Below, piece after piece: positions 1 to 12,660 of a stretch of 64,000 nt of DNA. Under the pieces are notes generated by a model. That model saw only the letters and a list, made by a program, of their open reading frames with translations. It was not told the DNA's origin and searched no databases. Each line of letters begins with the position of its first letter. Positions within the stretch are counted from its first letter, which is position 1. Origin of the DNA: Eledone cirrhosa. Lineage: Eukaryota. The stretch is taken from contig OZ024741.1 in the NCBI GenBank assembly GCA_964016885.1, forward strand, positions 328,786,001 to 328,850,000. The letters are read 5' to 3'. Position numbers and translations under genes: made by a program.

Positions 1-1746
1 AGCCAGGTCCATATACGACAATCTCCACCTCATGCGATACATCATAGAGAGGGTAGGGTGTAAACCTGGCTTTGGTGAGGCACTGATCAATTTAGATCAA
101 TCGAAAGCATTCGATAGGGTCGACCATCGGTATCTGGAGTTTGTCCTCAAAGCAGCTGGCTTCGGCCCTCTCTTCAGAAGCTGGATCGCTGCAATGCACT
201 GCAGCACACGCTCGGTGGTCAAGGTTAATGGCCACCTCTCGGAACCATTTCGGCTCTCCCGATCGGTCCGTCAAGGGTGCCCTCTCTCTTCCCTTCTGTA
301 CGTATTGACTCTCGAGCTTTTACTGCGGAAGCTAGAGCTGTTGCAGGCCATCCCGCTCGAACCAGGACGTGGAAAGGCGGTGTCGGCTTATGCTGACGAC
401 ATCACCGTGATGGTGTCGAACACCTCAGAAATCGAGGTGGTCGGCACCTTTTTGAAGGAATATGAAAGGACAGGAGCCAAACATAACCCGGAAAAGTCGG
501 TGGGCTTGCAGCTCGGAACCTGGAGAGGCAAGCCCATGCCGTCCAACAGCGTTGTGGGGCGCTGGACGGACGGACCGGTAAAGTTGCTCGGGGTTTGGTT
601 CGGAATGACCTCCAGGTGGAAAAGAATTGAGACGACGTAACGAGCAGTGTAGCCAGTCTCACCAAAAAATGGGCTGGGAGGAAGATATCCCTGAAAGGTC
701 GCGCGGAGGTGGCGAATGCGTACATCGTGTCCGTCATTTACTACCGCCTGACCGCCCTGTCTTGCCCCCGTCCGCGCTTCGTCAAGTTGGAACGGCTCCT
801 CTTCAAATTCTTGTGGAGGGGACAAATTCCGTTGGTGAGGCGGTCCATCTGCTGCCAGCACCCTCTACGCGGAGGGCTGGGCGTGCCGTGGCTAACGATG
901 CGCAGACATGCGTTGAGGCTGCGACATCTCCAGATATTCTGCCTCAATGGTGAACAGGTGTGGTTGCCGTTTATCAGACGGGTCTTTCCGCAGCTGATTT
1001 CTTTGACTGAGCTGCAGTCCTGGGTCAAGAAGAGACCGAGACTGGCTGACTGGCACCTGGAATGTTGCCAGGCACTCACTGCCCTCTACCAAGCGGGCAA
1101 TGCGATCAGTGGTACTTCCACTCTCTAGTTCTATAGAGGATTAGTGGTGGGCAAGTGCAATGACGCACTCGGAGAAGCTTTGGGCCTCGACGAAGTCGAA
1201 CTGACCAGTCTGTACCGGAGGACTTTCGAGCCGGGGACGATTGACAATTTCCAGAAATCCCTCGTTTGGCAGTGCTACCGGGGGGCACTGCCGGTTCGGG
1301 AAGTGCTGGGAAGTGGTGTCAGGCGGACCTGCCCAAGATGCGCACAGAACGACGAAACCGTCCTGCACGCACTTGTCCAATGTCCGTGCATTACTGACTT
1401 GTGGAGTTATGTCGAACAGCTACTGTCGCGTGTGGAACGAATCCGGCTATCGGCCGAGTCCATAGTGAAGATTGACCCGCCGCCTTCCTTAGGTCAGGAA
1501 GAGCAGGAAATTTTCCTCTGTCTGGTGGTAGTTGCGAAAGAGGTTATATGGTGGACCAGATTAAAAGGACTGAAGACAGACACTTTTCTCTTCGGCCAAT
1601 CCCTCATCAACTTCTTCAAGTTTCACCTGGAAAGGAAGGTGAGGGTAGAGAGAGAAGTGCTACCCCACAGTACATTTGCTAAAAGGTGGATGAATGTGGC
1701 GAGAATGGCCCGTGTGAATGGGCCTACTCTGACCATGCGCCTATAG
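1..1746 (+). pseudogene. ORF2-like reverse transcriptase of the L1/Tx1-like element, disrupted and cut by the window edge
   Basis: ORF pieces 32-640, 709-1128 and 1144-1746 are colinear LINE ORF2 segments separated by a frameshift near 610-640 and an in-frame TAG at 1126-1128. Confidence 0.85.
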
Positions 1747-2013
1747 GCTAGCTAACTTGAGGAGAGGGGTGCCCTAGAAGCGCAGGGTGGTTCAAGATTG
1801 GTGGGGTACCTGAGTCACCCCTGGGTCGTCCACCCCCTATCAGGGAATTTATTTTGTTATATTTATGCTTAGTTTATTTTATATTTTTATATCTTCATTG
1901 TTAAATTAGTCTTGACATTGTGCACGTTTACTCGACCTTATTGTAAACCCCCACTGTCCCTGTCTTTGTATTGTCCCCTACATGTCAGCCCTTGTGGCTA
2001 ATAAATGAAATCA
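1..2013 (+). mobile_element. 3' portion of an L1/Tx1-like non-LTR retrotransposon (RT, C-terminal zinc finger, 3' UTR)
   Basis: RT motifs LDQSKAFDRV, SVRQGCPLS, YADD and GGLG; C-terminal CPRC...ETVLHALVQC (zf-RVT-like); T-rich 3' UTR ending AATAAATGAAATCA at 2000-2013; GC content far above the flanks. Confidence 0.9.
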
Positions 2014-2105
2014 TTGCCTTTCATCCTTACGGGGTCGATAAAATAAAGTACCAGTAATTTACTGGGTAATTGCTGGCCTTGTGCTTAAAGTAGAAGCAAT
2101 TATGA
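2014..2105 (+). mobile_element. 3' half of the dominant tRNA-derived SINE
   Basis: TTGCCTTTCATCCTTACGGGGTCGATAAAATAAAGTACCAG...GTAGAAGCAATTA matches the other SINE copies; the head is missing and the LINE 3' end abuts directly. Confidence 0.85.
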
Positions 2106-2345
2106 TTATTATTATTATTATTATTATTATCCTCTTTCTTCTTCTTGTTCTTCTTCTTCTCCTCCTCCTCCTTCTTCTTCTTCTTCTTCTTCTTCTTCTT
2201 CTTCTTCTTCTCCTCCTCCTCCTTCTTCTTCTTCTTCTTATACTTCTTCTTATACTTCTTCTTCTTCTCCTCCCCCTCCTTCTTCTCCATCTTTTTTCTT
2301 CTTCTCCTCTCCTTCTTCTTCTTCTTCTTCTTCTTCTTCTTCTTC
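2100..2345. repeat. (ATT)n followed by (CTT/CCT)n trinucleotide microsatellite
   Basis: Directly visible; explains the poly-K/L/F ORFs. Confidence 0.95.
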
Positions 2346-2469
2346 GCTCACTTATTTACCAAAAACTAATATTGATGTCTTTATATCCGCGTTTCCCAAC
2401 CTAAGGTCTGTTTAGTTAAGACCTCCGTGAGCTATGTTCAAAATATCAGGTAAATTATTATAAAGTGAA

Positions 2470-2850
2470 AATTATTCTTCAGTATCTATTTCTCTTCAAG
2501 TATAAACATTTCTCTCTTTCGAGTGTTATTCAAACTGTGCAAGAATTTTAATTGATTTGGGAAACAGAAATAATATACACACACTTTTGGGTATCTATAC
2601 TTCTCTAATTATTAACAATTCTTTTTTCCATTGTTTCTCACGCTTTAATAATTGTAATCACTTTGTAGAACAAAGAAACAATATACACGCATTACTGGGT
2701 ATCCGTTCTTCTCTGAGTAAGATATTCTCACTGTATAAAAACTTCAAGTACATTGTTAAAATCATAATATACACACACTATTGGGTATCTATTCTTTTTC
2801 TAAGTATAAACATTCCTGTCTTTTAGTTGTTATCCTCGCTGTATAATAAC
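2470..2850. repeat. Degenerate ~95-110 bp tandem repeat
   Basis: AATATACAC...TGGGTATC...TCT recurs near 2572, 2680 and 2767. Confidence 0.5.
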
Positions 2851-2976
2851 TTGGGAGAGGAGTAATAGTAGCAGGCTGTGATTCAAAGCATTCATTTATG
2901 TAAAAGTGTTACTCGGTAGTGAAAACGTAGAAAATAACATTGTTATATTATTTAGTTTATTTTTTCCCTTTAAATA

Positions 2977-3167
2977 TTGGTTTCTACTATTGGCACAAGG
3001 CCAGCAATTATACCAGTGTGTTACTGGTACTTTATTTTATCGACCCCCGTAAGGATGAAAGGCAAAGTTAACCTCGGTGGGATTTAAACTCAGAATGGCA
3101 AGGGCCGTACCTCTATGACGCAAAGCGTGACTTCCGACTCTCTACCGATACTGCAAATTCACCACCC
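2977..3167 (-). mobile_element. tRNA-derived SINE, full length
   Basis: Reverse complement has the GGGTGGTGAATT head, A/B-box-like motifs and the conserved central domain; TTAAATA flanks both ends (2970-2976, 3168-3174). Confidence 0.9.
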
Positions 3168-3559
3168 TTAAATAATGAATACATTTGTATCCAGAATATC
3201 ACATCATAAGAAAGTCCAACCTTAAGTATTGTTGAAATATTTTCCTACATAAACAAATATCTATGGCAAAGTAATATTACAAATATATCACCATTGCCTC
3301 TGGGTGTTCATCTAAAATCAAAAAGCTGCTCCCTTATCCAAATTAAACAAGATAAAGAATGATTATTATTTTCTAAAATTGTATCAGCTGCCCAAATGTC
3401 TCGAATATTTAATCATTAGAGTTAGGCTGATTTCTGCTTCGTTGGCATGATTTACTTTTTAACACTGAATGCTCAAAAAAAGTGGTTTTTGCATACGTTA
3501 ATTATCATAGATGAAAATATGGGAAATGTAAGAAGAAGAAGAAGTTTAAATACATATCA

Positions 3560-3796
3560 GTACCGCAGTTTATATAGATATGAGTATCGCAGTGATGGTG
3601 AAACCATATATGCTGTTGGTGTATTTTTTTACCAACAGAATGAAAGCTTCTTTACCAATGGAATCCAAAACATTGAAACACCGATGGAAGAGGTGTGTGG
3701 AGCGCAAGGAAGACTATGTTAAAAAATAAACCACATTTAGTGACATTTCATGAGAGTGTCTTGGTCAGCCTATGAACCTCTCAGCCGACACTCGTA
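3560..3796 (+). mobile_element. Mariner/Tc1 transposon 3' remnant
   Basis: Translates, with a frameshift, to YRSDGETIYAVGVFFYQQNESFFTNGIQ-LKHRWKRCVERKEDYVKK*, a typical mariner transposase C-terminus; followed by TIR-like GTCAGCCTATGAACCTCTCAGCCGACACTCGTA. Confidence 0.7.
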
Positions 3797-4861
3797 TGTA
3801 TTGTTGGATTAAAATAATATGAATTATGTTAGAAATGTTGATCTCCTTACATACCGTTTTATGATTTAAAATGCGTTGTTACAGCGTCTGATTAAAATGT
3901 CTCGGTATTTGTTCCGACTGGCTACTCAGTGTGTTCAAAACCCACCGAGACCAAACATGCCGTTCTTCCTTTCGAGGTCGATATATAAAGTATCAGTCGA
4001 GTAGTAAGTCGATTCTTCTTCATCTTTCTCTGACTCCCTTTTCCTCTCGCTCCATATTTCTCGCCCTCTCCATCTCTCTCTCTCTCCCTCTCTCTTCCCA
4101 TAACATCAAGGGCAATTTCTATTTTTTAAAGTAGTAGTTGTCATCTTTCTTTGATAGCTCTTCTTTTTCTACTTCTCCTCCTTGTCCTCGTCCTTCTTTT
4201 TCTTCTTCTTCTTCGACCACTTATTCGTGTGAGGGTCGTGGGGATAGAGTCCACAAATTCGCTCTCCAACGGGACCTGTTAGAAGCAATCTCTTGGCAAT
4301 CTTTTGGGTTTTATCCAACCGTCATGCTCGTGGTCTAGCCCTAGGTCTTCTGCCGGTGGTTTTGCCCGTAAACTTCGTCCAGTGATGTTTTCCTAAAACA
4401 TTCTAACCACATGTCTGTAGCATAGTAGCTGTGATCTCTCAAATCAGAGAATTAGCCGCTCTCTTGAGAAGGTTAATTTAAAAAAATATCTTATTATTTT
4501 ATGCCATTTGTTTTCAAAACAATTAAAAAGTGTTCGCTTTACTGTGACGATGTATTACATGTGTATTAGTTTCAAAAGGTTTTAATGTTAATAGTTGAAC
4601 AATGTAGACACATTATGAACTACATTATAGTTATTTGAAAGTAAAATTACTATTTATCTTTCATAAAAATAGATAAATTATACATATACATTATCACTAT
4701 ATACATTATGTGGATAGATGTTCATTATTTACTCCATCTGTACATATAGAACACATTGTAGTCCAAGATATTTTAATTTAAATTTACCTCAATTCAAAAA
4801 TGAATTCGTTCTTTTAATATCTAAAATTATGATATGTATTACTGGGTAATGTATAAATAAT

Positions 4862-4981
4862 TGTTTCTACTTTAGGCACAAGGCCAGCAATTACCCAGTG
4901 CATTACTGGTACTTTATTTTATCGACCCCGTAAGGATGAAAGGCAAAGTCAACCTCGGCGGGATTTGAACTCAGATCGTAA
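4862..4981 (-). mobile_element. 5'-truncated SINE with TSD
   Basis: Family sequence; GTATAAATAAT duplicated at 4851-4861 and 4982-4992. Confidence 0.9.
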
Positions 4982-5009
4982 GTATAAATAATGCATGCAT
5001 AGTAGAGTA

Positions 5010-5340
5010 ACTCCAAAGGGAGCCGTAGTGGTGCTGTATTGAAATACAGAATGTCTAGGACATTTTTTAAAACCTGGCGGAACCCATCTTTTCTCCAATT
5101 TTGAGTACATCAAATTTCTCCCATAGAAGGATAGAGAATGAGAGAAAGGAACCGAGAAAAAGATATAGAGGAACAATCGACCACAGTATTATACTGAGAC
5201 GTTCATTTTTTATCAACCTCGAATAAATGGAAGGCAAATTTGACCTCAGTTGAATATGAACTGAAGGAGCAGAAAGCCGAAACGTATAACCCAAATCCTT
5301 ATATCTGACATTCTTAATGACTCTGCCAGTTCGCTGCCTA
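5010..5340 (-). mobile_element. Older related SINE subfamily with a longer tail (similar copies near 17870-18195, 20555-20770, 63010-63220)
   Basis: Shared TTTTAAAACCTGGCGGAACCCATC block followed by a diverged TTTTATCGACCTCGAA...GAAAGGCAAA domain. Confidence 0.6.
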
Positions 5341-6127
5341 TTAACTCCAAATGTGCAATAAATATAACTACTTGAGGGATGTGCATAGAATCCACAGGTT
5401 AGTAAATCATTCCTTGTTCTCGCCTTGTCGTACAGCTCCGGTCCATGACAATATATAGCCGCTATTAAAACTTCTGAACACTAACACTTCTCATTTATTG
5501 TATCACAGAAATTGAATTCAGCACTGTGATCTAATGAGATACCTCTTGATTATACAGTGCTGCTGCTGCTTCCAATGGAGTGTTGTTGCCACTCTAAGGT
5601 ATCGACAAATAGATTGGTGTACTGGGCCATTTCAAAAGAATCACGTGTTGTGGCTAACAGACATTATAGCGTCGGATATTTTGTTCTAAATTTATGCACA
5701 CTGAGTTTAAATACCAGCGAGGGCGACTTTGCCTTTGACCTTTTCTGATACACAAATTACCTAACAAATTCTGACACAGACCTGTTCCCCTCCAACAAAT
5801 CAGGAGAGGTCGAGATAATATCTCGTACTTGAGACAGTATGAGCAGCTAGAACTCTTAGTGCAAGCATAGTGTATACTTCCAAGTGATACTCGAATGTGA
5901 ATGACGGTTGTAGTATTTCCCAGGCCTGAACAGGTCTGCTATGAAAATAGAAGACTAAAATACTCAGTTTATAGTTGGGACATGAAAAGTTTCCTTCTAA
6001 ATCCCTGTCGAAGTGATGATACTAAGACATTCGGCTTATCTTATTCAATACATCCTGTAAAAATCATCGATGTTCGATCTAAAAAGGTCTTCAGAACTAT
6101 ATATTAGTCATAGTGAAGACGTATGAC

Positions 6128-6420
6128 TTTGTAGTTAGGGATTCGACACATGATCGTAAAGTCGCCAGTTCGACTTCTGGCTATGCGATGTGTTCTTCTG
6201 CGGGACAGTATTTTTCTCGCTGACCCAGACGACATATTTGGCTATAAATAATTGTGCCTCTAATTCAAAGAGAGCAAGTCAGGTCACACATTGTATTACA
6301 TTGAATATCGCATTCAGAACTGATGAGGCTCCTACACATACACACAGAAACGCACTAACGTTATATCATACTTGTTGAGTCATCAAAACATTACGTTCTC
6401 CCAACTATAGCAGCCAGAAC
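6128..6420 (+). mobile_element. Degenerate tRNA-headed SINE-like repeat (a related copy lies on the minus strand near 38700-39110)
   Basis: Head GTAGTTAGGG...GATCGTAAAGTCGCCAGTTCGACTTC resembles pol III A/B boxes. Confidence 0.4.
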
Positions 6421-6557
6421 TCCACCAGATTCTACGTACCTAATAACGAAGTACACGTTAAATAATGTGGTTCTTGACATACCAAAATACATGATAGATA
6501 TTATTGGAACGCCTTTTTACCACGTATCTACGAGAACCGTACTGATATAGACATATA

Positions 6558-6597
<40 letters not shown>

Positions 6598-6599
<2 letters not shown>

Positions 6600-6712
6600 G
6601 GAAAAGAGTCAGGACCCCACTAACCCTAACCCTAACCCACTCTACTACCCATAGTATCGAGTACTCTGGGGTGTTATGGTCCACCTGGTTCCCTACCACA
6701 CTTCCTTCGTTA
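6598..6712. repeat. Short interspersed repeat inserted in (TA)n (related pieces at 9186-9245, 24741-24926, 36080-36130, 37855-38005)
   Basis: Shared GGAAAAGAGTCAGGACCCC and CACTCTACTACC...GTACTCTG...GGTCCACCTGGTTCC blocks. Confidence 0.7.
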
Positions 6713-6810
6713 TATATAAAAATATATGTAGTTGAAATGAAGGAACAAAATACAGGAGGCAATTGTACAACACAGTTATTTTAGATTCACGCTTAGAGGA
6801 AGTGGGGGAG

Positions 6811-6848
6811 GTTTCAACGTTTCAAGCATAAGTTCTTTATCAGGAAAG
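6811..6848 (-). ncRNA. Degenerate minimal hammerhead ribozyme motif
   Basis: Minus strand UUUC-CUGAUAA-A-GAAC-UUAU-GCUU-GAAAC-GUU-GAAA; stem I UUUC/GAAA; G8 mutated. Confidence 0.5.
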
Positions 6849-7479
6849 TTCGGATCGGGGGAGAACGGGTATTCCGAGAGGGAATAAGGAGGGTTGTAAG
6901 GAGGGAAGTCACAAAGTAAGGAACACTACATAAAAAGAAAAAATATATATATAAATAAAATCAGTTAAAAAATGTAAAAATAAAGGGGGTAGGGAGGGGT
7001 ATAGGTCCGGGTGGTTGGTGGTGGGATGGCATGCGTGTGACATTGTGTGTGTGGATGGGTTGAGGGGAGAGGGGGGAGAGAGAGAGAGGGGGGGGGGGGG
7101 GGGGAGGAAAGCAAAATACTCAGAGTCCAGGAGGGGATGGCGGAAGGTAAGGTGTATGTGTATGTATAGATGTGAGTGAGTGTGTGTGCGTGTATGGATG
7201 TACGTATGTGTGTCTGAAAAGAAGCGAGAGTGTGTGAACGATTATTAAAAGTGAGTACAGGCGAGTGAGTGGTGTGTATATGAGTGTAATGGGTTAGTGT
7301 ATTGGTGTGTGACATTGTGTGTGTGTGGGAATGGTGCATGTGTCTGTACGTTTATATGTTGCTGTATGGGTATTGGTGTGTATGTGTGTGCGCGTGTGTA
7401 TGGAGGACTGCGGATGGAAGGACCAGACAAGAGCGTGTCGAATCCGAAGACGGTGTAGGATAAAGTGTGAGTGTATGTG

Positions 7480-7500
7480 TTGCTGTGAGTGTGTGCGTGC

Positions 7501-7599
<99 letters not shown>

Positions 7600-7630
7600 T
7601 GTGTGTGTGTGTGCATATGTGTGTGGATGT
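7480..7630. repeat. (GC)n(GT)n microsatellite
   Basis: Directly visible. Confidence 0.95.
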
Positions 7631-7843
7631 AAGTATATGAGGTTCTAAAGGATCGAGTCTGTGAAAGCGTAAGTTAAATAGCGAGTGCAGACACGTGCAT
7701 GGTATGTATATGGGTGTTGTGGGTAGATTATTGGTGCATAGTTGCGCATGTGTGGAAATGGTCTACATGTCTGTGTGTGTCTTTGTTCCTGTATAGGTGT
7801 TGGTGTGTGTGTGTGTGGATGATAACAATCATTATTATTATTT

Positions 7844-8240
7844 AATTGGCAGTATCGGTAGAGGGTCGGACGCCATGCTTTGACGCATAGAGTTACGCCC
7901 TTGCCATTCTGTGTTAAAATCTCGCCGAGGTTAACTTTGCCTTTCATCCTTACGGGGTCGATAAAATAAAGTACCAGTAATGTACTGGGTAATTGATGGC
8001 CTTGTGCCAATAGTAGAAACAATTATTATTTATTCTACATTCTACATTCTAGGGTGGTGAATTGGCAGTATCGGTAGAGGGTCGGACAGGCTTTCCAGCA
8101 TAGTTACTTCCCTTTATGATCTGAGTTCAAATCCCTGCGAGGTTAACTTTGCCTTTCATCCTTGCGAGGTCGATAAAATAAAGTACCAGTAATTTACTGG
8201 GTATTTGCTGGCCTTGTGCCAAAAGTAGAAACAATTATTT
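7844..8240 (+). mobile_element. Two tandem SINE copies (7844-8030, 8052-8240)
   Basis: Each has TGGCAGTATCGGTAGAG, a B-box-like motif, the central domain and GTAGAAACAATTA; both are followed by TTATTCTACATTCTAC. Confidence 0.9.
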
Positions 8241-8430
8241 ATTCTACATTCTACGTTTCTTAAATATAGTGTACACACGCATATATATTTTTACACTCAC
8301 ACATACATATATACACTCACATATGCATATATATTTGTATGTGTATACGTGTTCATATGTGTATGTGCGTTTAAATATATATGCATGTGTACAGAATATT
8401 GAAGAAATGTAAATTCAGAATAAAATATAT

Positions 8431-8856
8431 TAATAATTGTTTCTACTTTAGGCACAAGGCCAGCAATTATCTAGTACATTACTGATACTTTATTTTATCG
8501 ACCCTGTAAGGATGAAAGGCAAAGTTAACCTCGGCGGGATTTTAACTCAGACTGTAAAGGGACGTAACTATGCTAGAAAGCATGGCGTCCAACCCTCTAC
8601 CGATACTGCCAATTCACCGCGTATATATATATGCCATTTGAACATATACAATACATACATATATATTATAATTGTTTCTATTATTGGCACAAGGCCAGAA
8701 ATTACCCAGTACATTACTGGTACTTTATTTTATCGACCCCGTAAGGATGAAAGGCAAAGTTAACCTCGGCGGGATTTGAACTCAGAATGGCAAGGGCCGT
8801 AACTCTATGCGTCAAAGCATGGTGTCCGACCCTCTACCGATACTGCCAATCCACCA
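8431..8856 (-). mobile_element. Two SINE copies (8431-8620, 8668-8856)
   Basis: Reverse-complement matches to the family consensus. Confidence 0.9.
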
Positions 8857-9146
8857 ATATAGGTATATTATATATAAACATATATATGTAATACTTTATT
8901 TTATATGTACATTCTATGTTTCTTATTTTATATGTACATTCTATGTTTCTTAAGTATAGAAAATGTGGAATAATGTTATTGGTCTTAACTTGTAACAGCT
9001 AATATGTACCTCTGTGTGTCTGTGTATATATGTATATGCATATGTGCGTGTGTATATGCGTATGTATGCGTACACACACATACACACATACACACATACA
9101 CATATATATATATATAAATATGTTTTGGTACTAAGAGAAAATAAGT

Positions 9147-9179
<33 letters not shown>

Positions 9180-9465
9180 TGTATATAGGAAAAAGTATGA
9201 CCCCGGCGGCAGAGTTCAAGCCGTTTCGACGGCTATTTCTGCACATATATATATGTTTTGGTACTAAGAGAAAATAAGTGGTATATATATATATATATAT
9301 ATAAATCAGGAAAGAAGAGTGACAATGGTTTGCTATACGAAAAAGGTTTTTAATCTCATTGCTGACAACTGTTTCTCTGAACTGGTAGGTCTAGAGATCG
9401 CTACCCGCTTGTTTTCACGTTATTCGACCACCAATACAAAGTTATAACCTGTACTTTGTTACCCC

Positions 9466-9507
<42 letters not shown>

Positions 9508-9631
9508 TAAGTGTTGACGGACCCAGCATATTTATCAATGCCAGTACCGGTTGTATCTCAGCGCACTCAATGGGCAATGTAAGATACATTATCAGATTAT
9601 ACACATAGTTATTTGCCTCAACACAACAAGT

Positions 9632-9719
<88 letters not shown>

Positions 9720-10214
9720 ACTTATTTTCTACTAGTACCAAAACATAGTTTTAAATAGCCATTTAATATCATATTCCAACAAAATCTCATAATCTCACAA
9801 CATGCTATGTTCCTAGAAATTGAAGATACTTCAATAATAATCAATATGATCGAATTTAATATCAATCTTATCTATGTTTCTTCACATATTTTCCTCGCGT
9901 CTTATAACACGTTCTTTTTGATGTTGTTTGTTTCTGTTTGTTTCTTTTTTGTTTGCTTGTTTTTTTTTGTGTTTTTTATGCTTTTTAGCATGATTTACAC
10001 TTCAATGTAACGGATATCAAAATGTCAATTTAGTTCTGTATTCTTGTCATACATGGATTCCTCGTTTCTATAATCTGCACAATATCATAAAAGATTAACA
10101 TCAGCATTTGCAATGAAGCGTATCACCATCTGTGTCGTGTTTACGGGGTTACATTTTTTGCTAAAAACAGCAGCCAACTCTCATATAATATCACACCTTA
10201 TTATTATTATTACT

Positions 10215-10319
<105 letters not shown>

Positions 10320-10492
10320 TTGTAAGGTTGCAATAAATCCGTCCGTAGGCGGAATGCCGTTTGAACATTCAATGCTCACGAGGAGCAGAGTATATTATTA
10401 TAGATAACGAGGAATTAGTGATGCATTAAAACACAATTTATTAACATATTACATATGTTTCTCCGACGATCAGCACAAGGCAGGATCTATTA

Positions 10493-12660
10493 CACTGGGC
10501 AACAAAAAAGAATGCTTTTTGTGCCTGGAATATTTCAACGAATTCTTCAGTGATTTTGCCTGCTAAATTCAAGGATATCTTTAGTTTTTCTCTATCAGGT
10601 CTAGATATTTTACTAAACCTGATAAAGTAAGTATTTTATTCATACAAGAAGCATACAATATGAATCAACAAAGAGAGCGTAACACAAAACAAAACAAAGT
10701 ACAAATAAAAATTGAAAATGCACATTGGCAAAGATTTTTGGCAGATAATTCAGGGAATAAATTTACGCCTCTTTGTGCACTGTGAATGTTGAGTAGCAGG
10801 AGTATCTCGTTTTAAACACCAGCAATAGTCTGCCATCATCACAGCGTCCCAACGTCCTTGATGTCCGTATGGCATCGTTCGCCTTGTTCATCGCTAACAT
10901 ATCTGAGATTTTCAGGAAAACGATCAAGATGACTAAAAAGAAAATGCATTTTGCTGCTCATATTTGCGCCAATATAACGAAAAGTTGATATCAAGTTGGT
11001 AACAAGGTCTTTATAGTTTTCTCCTTTGTGTTTTCCAAGAAAATGTTCCACTACTTCTGCAAAGGCTAGCCAAGCTGATGCTTCATTTTCGCTCATCGTT
11101 TTCGCGAAATTTATGTCCTTCAAGAGCTTACGGATCTGTGGTGTATCAAAAATCCCTGCTTTAAGTTTTTCAATCGTTAAGTCTGGGAATACACTGCAGA
11201 TATACTTGAAGAACTCCCCATTTTTGTCAAGAGCTTTGATGAATTGCTTGATCAATCCGAGTTTGATGTTCAAAGGGGGAAAATGATCTTCTCTCGCTCA
11301 ACTAAAAGTTTTTCCAATATATTGGCAGCTCTACATGGAACCATATTTGTTCGAGGCGGCCAGTCTTTCTTAACATAGTGGTTTACTCGGTCTCGACTGT
11401 CCCACATGCAAAGAAAGCATCGGTATCTGGTATAACCAGATTGCTGTCTCATGAGAAAATTCACCATATTTAAGTCAATGCAGATGACCACTTTATGATC
11501 ATGATACAGTATCTTCTCTAAAACCAACTTAATTTCTTCATATTTTTCCTTCAGAGTTGTTGAGTGGCCGAGTGGGACAGAGCCATACAGATTTCCGTTG
11601 TGCAACAATACACATTTTAAACTACGCTTAGAGCTGTCTATGAAAAGATGCCATTCCTCTAGTTTGTATTCCTCAATGCCAAGTTTATTAAGAAGCCCAC
11701 TGACATCTCTGCAGTAAACCAGCTCTTCCTCTTTTGTGAAGAAAGAAAGGAAATCTTCATGCTGACTCCGATAAAAGGTTATACGGACACCATTCTCTAG
11801 AAGATTCTTCTCTCTCAGTCCGGAAGCCCACAGTTCTGCAGAATTTTTTGGGAGGTTTAAGTCACGAACTAGATCATTCAGCTCTACCTGGGAGAATTGC
11901 TGAGGTAAATTCTCAACTGAAAAGTCTTGATCTCTAGTGTCATCTTCAGGTGATGAATCTTCTTTGGTTGAGGGTAAAATTATCTGAGGCAAGACATTGA
12001 AGACAGGAACAGGAAGCTCTTCACTGCGTGGAACCGGTCTAATAGTAGAGGCAAGAGTCGGATAGACATGGGTTTGTCGATTTTTCCGGTTAACACCCGT
12101 CAAATTTAGGTTACAAAAATAGCAGTCGTCCACATGATTATAGGGCTCTCGCTATACTATTGGTATAGCAAACCTCGTACTTTTCCTTATCCATTTAGTC
12201 CATTGTCGCAAATGTTCTGTACATTGTTTGCACTATGCGGTGACCAATATTTATCTTGGTCTCCCAGCTTGACCCCAAAATATGCCATATACGCTCTTTC
12301 AACAAAATCAGTGATGTTTTTTCGATTTTCAGGTAATGTGTATTCTCCACAAACATAACAAAACACATTTGTAGAATTAACGCAATACTTTCTTGAAGAG
12401 GACAAGTTGCTCATTTTCTATTGCTTTGTTCACCACAACATCTAAAAAGTATCGTAAAAGAAAAAAAAACTTAGAATTTGAATAAGGTAAGGAACACTGC
12501 GTACTGAACGTACACACATACATAGTGACTATGAGGATGTTCAATAACTTAAAAACTAGATCTGATAGGTCAAAAACAAGGTTATATTTGGAATCAGAAG
12601 ACCGATTTTATATAGAAATGATGTCTATTTCCTAAACACGAAAAATCTTGTAGACCAGTG
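10493..12660 (-). mobile_element. Chapaev3-type (CMC superfamily) DNA transposon, full length and decayed
   Basis: Termini CACTGGGCAACAAAA / TCTTGTAGACCAGTG (imperfect TIR); 3-bp TSD TTA at 10490-10492 and 12661-12663; subterminal inverted CTATCAG(G/A)TCTAG; encodes a transposase. Confidence 0.85.
10750..12414 (-). pseudogene. Chapaev3-like transposase, frameshifted
   Basis: Colinear motifs FCYVCGEY, KLGDQDKYW, DCYFC, FIDSSKRSLKCVLLHNGN, CFLCMWDSR, IKLGLIKQFIKAL, HFLFSHLDRFPENL, SDEQGER and MADYCWCLKRD across ORFs 12187-12414, 11270-12133, 10839-11273 and a tail ending at 10750. Confidence 0.85.

Noticed and set aside
2027-2404. Poly-K/E, poly-L and poly-F ORFs
   Set aside because: Trinucleotide microsatellite artefacts
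4195-4460. Possible RTE-like LINE 3' fragment on the minus strand with a (GAA)n tail
   Set aside because: Too degraded to support with a translatable motif
6618-6640. CTAACCCTAACCCTAACCC telomere-like repeat
   Set aside because: Only about three units inside an interspersed repeat; too short to call an interstitial telomere
8052-8140. tRNA-like A/B boxes
   Set aside because: This is a SINE head with no complete cloverleaf, so it is not a tRNA gene
9361-9400. Minus-strand UCUCU...AGA-GAAAC-AGUU-GUC hammerhead half
   Set aside because: The CUGANGA box is absent, probably truncated, so it is not counted as a ribozyme
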